A stretch of DNA of 64,000 nucleotides from Bdellovibrionota bacterium (GTDB lineage: Bacteria; Bdellovibrionota_C; UBA2361; CALJRW01): positions 64,001 through 128,000 of the forward strand of contig JBGSMD010000051.1 of NCBI GenBank assembly GCA_041740355.1, written 5' to 3'. The position numbers and the translations under genes were made by a program. Below the pieces are notes generated by a model. That model made no database searches. It had not been told where the DNA came from and saw nothing but the letters and a program-made list of their open reading frames with translations. The stretch's first letter is position 1. The number at the start of each line of letters is the position of its first letter. Shown in pieces: positions 56,156 to 64,000 of the stretch.

Positions 56156-59149
56156 TTGCTTCCCAGTTGTAAATTATGTTGTATTCACATGGTTAGTACC
56201 CCCGAAAGAAGTTCTGTCCCAGATAATGTTAGCCACGCTGACCTATTAAGCTTACTTAACGATCCCAATTCAGCATTACCTGATGTTAATGAGATATTAA
56301 CCAAAGTTCTTGCTACTCTTTCACCAGACAAGCAAAGGGAAATATTAAAAGGCATAATATTTAAAGCAGAAGAAACTCAATTAGAATTTCCTAGACATGA
56401 TTCAATCTTAGCGGATGAAAAGTTGCCAGGTTTTACAGTTGTTAAAGACAATTCTGAAGCCGAAAGTCAAACACCCTCGACCAATTCATTCCCAGAAAAA
56501 TCCAACGGGACAAGTCCTACTTACGAATTAAATGAGCACGGATATATTCCAAGAATCAGTGGACACTTTGTTAACTGGTGTACGCCACTAGCTAAGGTTT
56601 TAGTGGAGCAAGGTAACTTAGCTAATAATCCAAAGCTTAGGAATGAACTTCGTGATTTAATGTATGGATTTCAAAGTGATATTCCAGCTAAGCAAGTTAA
56701 AAAGCATTTAGCTAACCGTATTAACTTCATGCGTGACGCCTCCCCGGAAACGCTTTCTAAAGTTTTTCTAAGACTAAGAGAACTTGCTAATAATTATGAA
56801 ATTCAACCCGTTGAAGCTTCGCCAGTAATAAATCCCAGGTACAGTAAGGTTAATACTGATAGTCAATTTCGTAATGACGTTAGATATTCTGATTATATGA
56901 ACCAGGCAATTAGATTTATTCATCAAATTGATGATAAGGGCGGATTAAGTAAATCAAATATCCGAATCCAGGTTTGTCAGGCAATTCCCGAAGCAAATCC
57001 AGAAATTGGTGAAAGATTTATTAAACGTCATTTAATTGCCAAACTTAAACGTGCGGCTGAAATTCTGCCTGCAGATCGAGAACAAACACTGTTTAGAAAA
57101 CTTGAAAAGATTCACAGTGAGATTCCAGATGATGTAGTAGTCATAAAAAAATCCAGCGGCAGTTATGTGCCAATAAATCAACAATCTATTTCCAAAGAAA
57201 TTGCGCAAGGAATACAACTGATTGAAACAATTAGTGAGCGCGGAGGCTTAAAATTATCAGCAACAGTTATGGCGCTTTGCTCAATTATTCCAAAAACTGA
57301 CAGTAGTAGCGATCCCCGCACGATTAAGCGTCACCTAATTTCTAAGCTCCGAGAAGCGGGAGCTGAAACTCCACCTGCCGAACATCAAACATTTCTTACC
57401 AAATTAGAAGCGGTTCTTATCACAGTTCCCGAGATCCCAGGTCGTCCTGCAAAGATTAGTAAATTAGAAAATAAGCCACTCAGTGTGGAAATCATATCTG
57501 CCTTAGAAACAATCGAAGCTATGAAAGACAAAGGCTGCTTCGATGATAAAAATGTGCTCGGATTAATCGCTGAAGTGATTCCTAATGTAAATAGAGATAC
57601 CCATCGCAGAGGTTTGAAAGGTCACTTTGATAAATTACTAAAACTTGCTAACTACTTACCAGAAGATCAGCAAGCAGGGATTGCCCGCAACCTTAAGAAA
57701 ATTTTAGAACAAGCGCCTGAAAATCAGATTCCAACTCCTAGTGTAAGAGTCAAATCGACTACAAGTGTAATTACTAAAGTCAGCTCCGCTAATTTTCCAA
57801 CTCAACTTTTTAATTCTGCAAGTGATATAATCATAGAGATTGATCGCAAAGCTGGACTTAGTAATAAAGCAACAGTAGCAGAACTCTGTCAGTTGATTCC
57901 GGGGACAATTCCAGAAACTAACGTTAAGGCAATTAAAAGACACATAATAGCTAAACTTAGATTGGCCTTAACAAGCGAACCCGAAACTTTTCAACAATCA
58001 CTTCTTGCAAAATTAAAAAGTGTGGATGAACAGGTAGTCGTTGTTGATAAAAAAACACGCACTATTACCAGAAAAATTCTTCCAAATAAAAATATTGAAC
58101 TTGCTACAGCTTTAATAAATAGAATAGCTGAAGAGGTAGGTCTTAATAAAGCAGAGATTCGGGCCAAGATTTGTGCGATTATTCCTGATACCAATCCAAA
58201 AATAATAGCAATGTTATTAAAAAAACATTTAATTGCTAAGGTGAAGATTGCCCTCACCATTCGTCCGGCATCAGAGCAACTGAGTATTATTGAAAAATTA
58301 CAAGACTTACAGGCTAATGCTGCAACATTTAACGATTCAAGTAAAACTGAGACTACCCCTAGAATAAGTCGTCCTGCTAGACCCACACTAGAAAAGACTC
58401 CAAGAGTATTGCAGACAAAGGACTCAATAAGATCTAAGAAAACACCAGACGTAACCGCAGCGCCTGTCAAAGTAACTAAACCAGAGAGAGTAGTGAGACC
58501 TCCCGTTTCTCATGTTGTTTTAACTGCTGACATGGGTGTCGATCTAGCACTTGGAATGAGTTTTTTAGGAAATGCTTTTCAAACTTTAAAATTATATCCT
58601 GGTGTAATACCCCCAATCCCAAAAGAACTGACCTTAGAATTACTATCCTCCCCCTGTCCATTTTTCCCTACTATGAGAATTTTAGATACCCATGTTCTAT
58701 CTTTAATTCCAGCAACCTTAAATCAAAAACCTCTTTCAATTACTCAAGCTACTAACTTAATCAGACCCGCAATGTCTTATGGTTATCGAGAAGGAAAAGT
58801 TCTAAATAACTTTCCATTTGAAAAGTTGGCGTTTCTAAACGAAACAAAAACAGAAAGTTACTGGGCTTTGATACCAATGTATGCTCCAAAAGATCCTAAC
58901 TTTGAGAATTATGAAATTGCCTCGGCCCGAGAGCTTTTTATTACTGCCGCTATAATGTTAAAGTTTGCTGATCGCCAAATATTTGGAGGAAAGGTTGCTT
59001 GTACTTCTACCCAAGTAACAGATTCAAAATATCCGATTATAACCGTTGGTTCCAATGAGAAGAAATTAAATGTAAATTTTACAAATTTACCTTCATTAAA
59101 TATGTCCAGCTTCTCTTACTTAGGTTGGGGACTTAAGAGAATTTTATAG
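56156..59149 (+). CDS. Large orphan protein with six ~95-aa internal repeats and a distinct C-terminal domain (ATG alternative at 56189)
   Basis: Repeated motif G.L......(C)..IP........IK(R/K)HLI.KL; C-terminal PPIP..LLSSPCPF...DTHVL.LIP.TLN.KPL. Confidence 0.75.
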   Translation: MLPSCKLCCIHMVSTPERSSVPDNVSHADLLSLLNDPNSALPDVNEILTKVLATLSPDKQREILKGIIFKAEETQLEFPRHDSILADEKLPGFTVVKDNSEAESQTPSTNSFPEKSNGTSPTYELNEHGYIPRISGHFVNWCTPLAKVLVEQGNLANNPKLRNELRDLMYGFQSDIPAKQVKKHLANRINFMRDASPETLSKVFLRLRELANNYEIQPVEASPVINPRYSKVNTDSQFRNDVRYSDYMNQAIRFIHQIDDKGGLSKSNIRIQVCQAIPEANPEIGERFIKRHLIAKLKRAAEILPADREQTLFRKLEKIHSEIPDDVVVIKKSSGSYVPINQQSISKEIAQGIQLIETISERGGLKLSATVMALCSIIPKTDSSSDPRTIKRHLISKLREAGAETPPAEHQTFLTKLEAVLITVPEIPGRPAKISKLENKPLSVEIISALETIEAMKDKGCFDDKNVLGLIAEVIPNVNRDTHRRGLKGHFDKLLKLANYLPEDQQAGIARNLKKILEQAPENQIPTPSVRVKSTTSVITKVSSANFPTQLFNSASDIIIEIDRKAGLSNKATVAELCQLIPGTIPETNVKAIKRHIIAKLRLALTSEPETFQQSLLAKLKSVDEQVVVVDKKTRTITRKILPNKNIELATALINRIAEEVGLNKAEIRAKICAIIPDTNPKIIAMLLKKHLIAKVKIALTIRPASEQLSIIEKLQDLQANAATFNDSSKTETTPRISRPARPTLEKTPRVLQTKDSIRSKKTPDVTAAPVKVTKPERVVRPPVSHVVLTADMGVDLALGMSFLGNAFQTLKLYPGVIPPIPKELTLELLSSPCPFFPTMRILDTHVLSLIPATLNQKPLSITQATNLIRPAMSYGYREGKVLNNFPFEKLAFLNETKTESYWALIPMYAPKDPNFENYEIASARELFITAAIMLKFADRQIFGGKVACTSTQVTDSKYPIITVGSNEKKLNVNFTNLPSLNMSSFSYLGWGLKRIL

Positions 59150-59198
59150 AACGCAACCAGAATTGATTCTATACTAATTAGAAATGGACTAGGTAAAA

Positions 59199-59639
59199 TT
59201 AATTTAAATTTAGATTAATTAGCACTTGGGCAGAGATTGTGGACCCAGCAATCTTCTGGGCAGCTTGTAAATGTTCCGGATGAAAAACAGCCTTGCCGTT
59301 TGTTTGGGTTAGCATTTTTTGTGTGGGACTTCCATCTAATACAATACTCACCTCTAATCCCTGTAGAACATCAGCTTCATTCAATCGCCGGTCGCGGGCA
59401 ATTGTTCCTCCAATCGCCCGATGCAAATCACTGGAAACCTGCCTCAGTTCACTTTCAATGTCAGTAATTTCTTTCGGTATTTGCAACTTTCGATTTGCTA
59501 GCAAAGTACTGTATCCCATGGTTCCAGGGCGTAGAACTCGCAATCCACTTTCTGATGTAATTTCTTCAAAAACATCGCCAACCTTAAAAACATCTGGCGC
59601 TCTTAATTCTAGAGACCTTTTAGTAAATAAACTTAACAT
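59199..59639 (-). CDS. Hypothetical protein
   Basis: 146 aa with ATG start; preferred over the overlapping + strand ORFs. Confidence 0.5.
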   Translation of the reverse strand: MLSLFTKRSLELRAPDVFKVGDVFEEITSESGLRVLRPGTMGYSTLLANRKLQIPKEITDIESELRQVSSDLHRAIGGTIARDRRLNEADVLQGLEVSIVLDGSPTQKMLTQTNGKAVFHPEHLQAAQKIAGSTISAQVLINLNLN

Positions 59640-59836
59640 ATTCTACTTTCCAATAAAGAAATCACCCAACTCGGGAAATTTAACGACTATTGGATCTCGG
59701 ACGGAACTTAGGAATTCTAAAGTAAAAAATTTGGCGCAGTGGACTCAATTGATCAAAGTACCTGATAAGGAGAAATTAGATAAGTATTTTTCGTTTACTA
59801 TCGAAAAGCTAAGATAAAATACTAAAGAACTCTGAA

Positions 59837-61075
59837 TTATTCCTTTTCTGGGAAATGCCCGTGTAGGCTAGCCAAAGCAAGCTGTTGATACTCTAGTATA
59901 GTGGCAGTTTTTATGACTTTACCATCAACTTCTTTTGGTATCGTTACGGCTAGAAGTGCACTATCCCAATCAACACCGATAAATTTAGTATTAAAAACTT
60001 CAGAAAGAATTAACTTATCCGAGCTTATTCCCGTAGCGATTAAGGAGCCATCAGTCAACTGAAACGTCTCTCCAGTTAACAATCCATTAGTAGACGATAG
60101 TTTTGCTAATAAAATCCCTCCAGGATCCAAAACCTCTATAAGATCGCCGGGCTTGCCATTGCCAGCAGGGCCAGTTTCGGCATGTTGAAATGATAGCCCT
60201 GTTAAATCTTTTAGCTCTAAGCGAAATGGATAAACTAACTGTCCAGATTTAGTTTCACGTAAGTAGTAAAAATTACCATGTTGCAATTCTTGTCCATCAA
60301 TCAAAAGTTGCTGATCTAACTCTAAACTTGGCAGAAAACTTAAATCATTAGTTGGTTTTAGTTGAAGTGGATTATCAGTTTGATATTTTAAATTATATAG
60401 ATCCTCACCATTACCTTCATATGCTGGTGCAAGATTAATTTTTAGCCTACTACTATCCGCTGAATATTCCATAGTGCCAGTGCTTCCAACCGTAGCCCAA
60501 ATTGCATTATCCGTAGAAGCTTCGATTTGATATGTCTTGGTAGCCTCTTCACCAGTTTGGCTATCTCTTGTTCGGACAATAATTTCCTCACCTAATTCTT
60601 TCAGCGCAGTTTCTAATGCATGTTCCGCAAAGTTTTTAAATACGCCTGGATTTGCTACATCTACATAACCAGAAGGAAGTAATAACATGCCATTTGGTCG
60701 GCGAGCTAAAATCAAATAATCCTCACCAGCAATATCTATTACGACGGCAACTGAAACTCCAACATTAGCTAATGGTAATTTGCGACCAAGTGAAATTTCA
60801 GCATCAATAATAGCATCATTCATTTTCAGATTATCCGTATTCCCCCGATCTTGAGACATCTCCATGAAATTATTCTTTTTGCCAGTTGAATCTAAATGAA
60901 GAACTCCCTCCTTTGCACTTAGCTCAAGTTCTGCATTTAGAAAACTTAGCCCATTGGAACGTCCAAGGATTTGATTTTGATGTGCTGGAAGTGGCACGTT
61001 GGGAATTACAGCTACTGCTGGTAATTGGCTGACAGCATTACCTGTAAGATGAGATGACATAGGAGTTTCATTCAT
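59837..61075 (-). CDS. Hypothetical protein with divergent NUDIX box (likely start 61075)
   Basis: LILARR...LLLPSGYVD...ALKELGEEI. Confidence 0.6.
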   Translation of the reverse strand: MNETPMSSHLTGNAVSQLPAVAVIPNVPLPAHQNQILGRSNGLSFLNAELELSAKEGVLHLDSTGKKNNFMEMSQDRGNTDNLKMNDAIIDAEISLGRKLPLANVGVSVAVVIDIAGEDYLILARRPNGMLLLPSGYVDVANPGVFKNFAEHALETALKELGEEIIVRTRDSQTGEEATKTYQIEASTDNAIWATVGSTGTMEYSADSSRLKINLAPAYEGNGEDLYNLKYQTDNPLQLKPTNDLSFLPSLELDQQLLIDGQELQHGNFYYLRETKSGQLVYPFRLELKDLTGLSFQHAETGPAGNGKPGDLIEVLDPGGILLAKLSSTNGLLTGETFQLTDGSLIATGISSDKLILSEVFNTKFIGVDWDSALLAVTIPKEVDGKVIKTATILEYQQLALASLHGHFPEKE

Positions 61076-61309
61076 AAAATTTTTGGTTGTTATAATTTTG
61101 ATTTTAGTAATCTCAGCTCTAAGTGAAACTTTTGGACAAGCTGAGAGCAAAATTATAACAAGTTTCTATTGTTACTCAAATCAAGTGTAACCTATTGTTT
61201 GCAATAAAAGATATCGCCTAGTTAGTTAAATAAGTTAAGTAAAAGATTTGCCTTTAATAAACCCTTTGCAGGGTGAATTTGCCGAGGGCGAGCGTAATTT
61301 TGTTTTTTA

Positions 61310-61885
61310 TTAACTCAAAAAAAACTGATGCAGTCGATAATCCCCAGTCAGCTCAGGATGAAATGCCGTTACAAAGATATTTTGTTTTTGAGCGATAATA
61401 ATTTTCTGGGGAGCTAGTTGGGCTAGCACTTTAATATCTGCTCCAACTTCTTTAATAATCGGAGCACGAATAAAAACGGCCGGAAAAGGAATTTCTGGAT
61501 TAGTCAGGAAAGGTAAGTTAAGATCTTTGATAAAACTATCACTTTGTCGCCCAAAGGCATTACGTTTTACAGTAACATCTAAAACACCTAGAGTTGTTTG
61601 CTTTGTTCCAACATTTTTTGCGAGAAAGATTAAGCCGGCACAAGTTCCCCAAACTTTTTCTTTAGAACAAAAACTTTTTAGTGGTTCAATTAATTGATAC
61701 TCTTCAGCAATTCGCGCAATAGTTGTGCTCTCACCCCCAGGAATAATTAGAGCATCAATTGATTCTAAATCCTTTGCTAATTTAACTTCCTTGTATTGAT
61801 GTCCAAGCTCAGTAATAACTTTTCCATGTTCCCGGAAAGCCCCCTGTAAAGCCAGAACTCCTACTTTTAGTATTTTACCAACCAC
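61310..61885 (-). CDS. pdxT: PLP synthase glutaminase subunit
   Basis: [40 protein letters not shown]. Confidence 0.96.
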   Translation of the reverse strand: MVGKILKVGVLALQGAFREHGKVITELGHQYKEVKLAKDLESIDALIIPGGESTTIARIAEEYQLIEPLKSFCSKEKVWGTCAGLIFLAKNVGTKQTTLGVLDVTVKRNAFGRQSDSFIKDLNLPFLTNPEIPFPAVFIRAPIIKEVGADIKVLAQLAPQKIIIAQKQNIFVTAFHPELTGDYRLHQFFLS

Positions 61886-62762
61886 GCTGACTTAACTGCT
61901 GAGATTCAATTAAATGATCACAATTAATTCCAACCATTGCTTCACCTAAATTAGCACTAACTTCAGCTAAGATTTCAGGGTTATTAAAATGAGTGGTTGC
62001 TTTTACAATGGCCTTAGCGCGAGCTTCGGGATTGCCACTTTTGAAAATTCCTGAGCCAACAAAAACTCCATCCATACCAAGCTGCATCATTAATGCCGCG
62101 TCCGCCGGGGTAGCAACTCCACCCGCAGCAAAGTTAACTACAGGTAATCGACCTAGTTTTTTTGTTTGTAGTAATAATTCGTATGGTGCGCCTAGATTCT
62201 TAGCATAAGTCATGATTTCTTCATCGCGCATTTGTAACAGGGCATTGATTTCCGTTTGCACTGTGCGTGCATGCTTAACGGCTTGAACAACATCACCAGT
62301 TCCAGCTTCACCCTTAGTACGAATCATTGCGGCACCTTCCCCGATTCTTCGTAGTGCTTCGGCAAGACCAGTACACCCACAAACAAATGGAACTTTAAAT
62401 TTACTTTTTAAAATATGGTATTGATCATCAGCAGGAGTTAAAACTTCACTCTCGTCAATATAATCTACTCCTAGAGCTTCTAAGATTTGCGCTTCCACAA
62501 AATGTCCAATGCGGCACTTAGCCATAACAGGAATACTAACTGCATTAATAATATCTTTAATCATGTCTGGATCAGACATCCTAGCTACTCCTCCATTGGC
62601 ACGAATATCAGCTGGTACTCTTTCTAACGCCATAACTGCTACGGCCCCAGCTTTTTCAGCAATACGTGCTTGATCAGCATTAACCACATCCATGATTACT
62701 CCGCCTTTAAGCATTTGAGCTAAACCACGATTAAGGACAATTTGATTTTCTTGATTGTTCAT
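61875..62762 (-). CDS. pdxS: PLP synthase lyase subunit
   Basis: [49 protein letters not shown]. Confidence 0.97.
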   Translation of the reverse strand: MNNQENQIVLNRGLAQMLKGGVIMDVVNADQARIAEKAGAVAVMALERVPADIRANGGVARMSDPDMIKDIINAVSIPVMAKCRIGHFVEAQILEALGVDYIDESEVLTPADDQYHILKSKFKVPFVCGCTGLAEALRRIGEGAAMIRTKGEAGTGDVVQAVKHARTVQTEINALLQMRDEEIMTYAKNLGAPYELLLQTKKLGRLPVVNFAAGGVATPADAALMMQLGMDGVFVGSGIFKSGNPEARAKAIVKATTHFNNPEILAEVSANLGEAMVGINCDHLIESQQLSQRGW

Positions 62763-63934
62763 AAAAACTTCTGTGTTTCGTAAATTCGCTTATGCTTCTT
62801 AATACCCGCAAGTCGGTAACGAGCAGTAGAAGTTCTAGGACATTGAAAATCCTGTCCATCTTGAGGCAAAGAAAAATCGTAATTCTTCTTATACTCTTCG
62901 TAATTCAGTTCCTTACGATTTTTAAATAAATTTTGATGAAATTCAGTAGATAAATAATTTTTATAGCCACTAACAACCGTTCCAGTGAAAAACTCACCAA
63001 TACTTCCCGACCCATAACTAAATAAGCCAACTTCTTGAGCAGCTAAGTCGGATTTTTGATTATCAAGTAAACTACATATTCCTTGGTATAAAGAGGCTGT
63101 ATAACAATTTCCAGTCTGGCGATTATACATCAAACTAGGATGAACCTTTTTAGCAATATCTTTATCACTAACTTCAACTTCAGATTTTTTAGCGAGGCGA
63201 ACAAAAGCTTTTTCGGCAATTGTAGAAAAAGGTAAATGAAAACAAAAGGCTCCAAATTGGTTAAACTCAGTCTTAACTTTTGCTGCATAATCTTCGTAGG
63301 CATGAAGAAAAGATTTCAAGTAAAGCCTTACAGAATATTGACCATCAACAAAGGCTTCTGTTCTATAATTTGGTCGCCAGAAATCCATCGAATCTTCGGT
63401 ATAAACCCCACTTTGCAAACCAATCTTCATTATTTTTGGATTGCTGGAAATTAGCATGGCACAAGAACCAGCACCTTGAGTTGGCTCACCTGGATTTCCA
63501 AGTCCATAACGAGCAATATCGGAAGCCACAATCAGAGATTTAGTATCAGGATTTAATTCAGAGTCTTGTAGCGCAGAACGCAAAGCAAAAGTAGCGGAGT
63601 AACAAGCTTGTTTTAATTCTACAACTCGACAATCCGATCCCAAGCCAAGTAAGCGGTGTAAATACATGCCTGCTGCCTTGGATTGGTCGATTCCACTTTC
63701 TGTCGCAAAGTACAATGTTTTAATTGACGACTTGTCGGTGTCTTGTAATATTTGCCAGGCGGCATTGGCACCAAGTGTTACTGGATCAGCATCAGGCTCT
63801 GGTACCGCCATCTTTTCCTGACCTAAAACATCATAATAACCCGCCGGATCTTTTTCATATAAGCTCGCTAAAGTTTTTAGATCGAGATAATAACTCGGGC
63901 AATAACAAGCAATTCGGTCAATTCCTACAGACAT
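62759..63934 (-). CDS. mvaS: Hydroxymethylglutaryl-CoA synthase (bacterial type; likely ATG at 63934)
   Basis: [17 protein letters not shown] (catalytic Cys), [31 protein letters not shown]. Confidence 0.93.
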   Translation of the reverse strand: MSVGIDRIACYCPSYYLDLKTLASLYEKDPAGYYDVLGQEKMAVPEPDADPVTLGANAAWQILQDTDKSSIKTLYFATESGIDQSKAAGMYLHRLLGLGSDCRVVELKQACYSATFALRSALQDSELNPDTKSLIVASDIARYGLGNPGEPTQGAGSCAMLISSNPKIMKIGLQSGVYTEDSMDFWRPNYRTEAFVDGQYSVRLYLKSFLHAYEDYAAKVKTEFNQFGAFCFHLPFSTIAEKAFVRLAKKSEVEVSDKDIAKKVHPSLMYNRQTGNCYTASLYQGICSLLDNQKSDLAAQEVGLFSYGSGSIGEFFTGTVVSGYKNYLSTEFHQNLFKNRKELNYEEYKKNYDFSLPQDGQDFQCPRTSTARYRLAGIKKHKRIYETQKFL

Positions 63935-64000
63935 TAAGTTTAGTTCTAAAATTGAGTCTTGCAAAAAGAGAATCAGACCCGATTTAAGTCTATTAAAATC

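Overview
AT-rich (roughly 35-38% GC by eye) chromosomal window from a diderm bacterium. Alpha2-type GlyRS, trmFO, a Bdellovibrio-like lytic transglycosylase and a mevalonate-pathway HMG-CoA synthase suggest a Bdellovibrionota/delta-proteobacteria-like lineage; this is inference only. Much of the window is housekeeping: cls, rsmE, trmFO, menG, glyQS, hisG, hisH, bcp, murJ, proC, yggX, rfbA, argS, thrA, thrC, pdxST and mvaS, interleaved with orphan ORFs. I recognised no rRNA, tRNA, CRISPR array, integrase or transposase. Four things stand out. (1) An unannotated ~147-bp intergenic element occurs in 5 diverged copies. Each folds into three hairpins with compensatory base changes and has TATAG...CTATA ends. 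(2) A 22.2-30.4 kb block encodes divergent F-type conjugation pilus-assembly homologues (TraW-, TraU- and TrbC-like), a lytic transglycosylase and two unknown envelope proteins. It sits among housekeeping genes with no ATPase, relaxase or integrase in the window, so it may be a domesticated secretion/pilus module. (3) A 10-gene furan/cyclopropane fatty-acid (singlet-oxygen response-type) operon carries a DUF1365-methyltransferase fusion and is headed by a non-ChrR ECF sigma/anti-sigma pair. (4) A 997-aa orphan protein has six ~95-aa repeats. All family assignments come from motif recognition by eye, not database searches.
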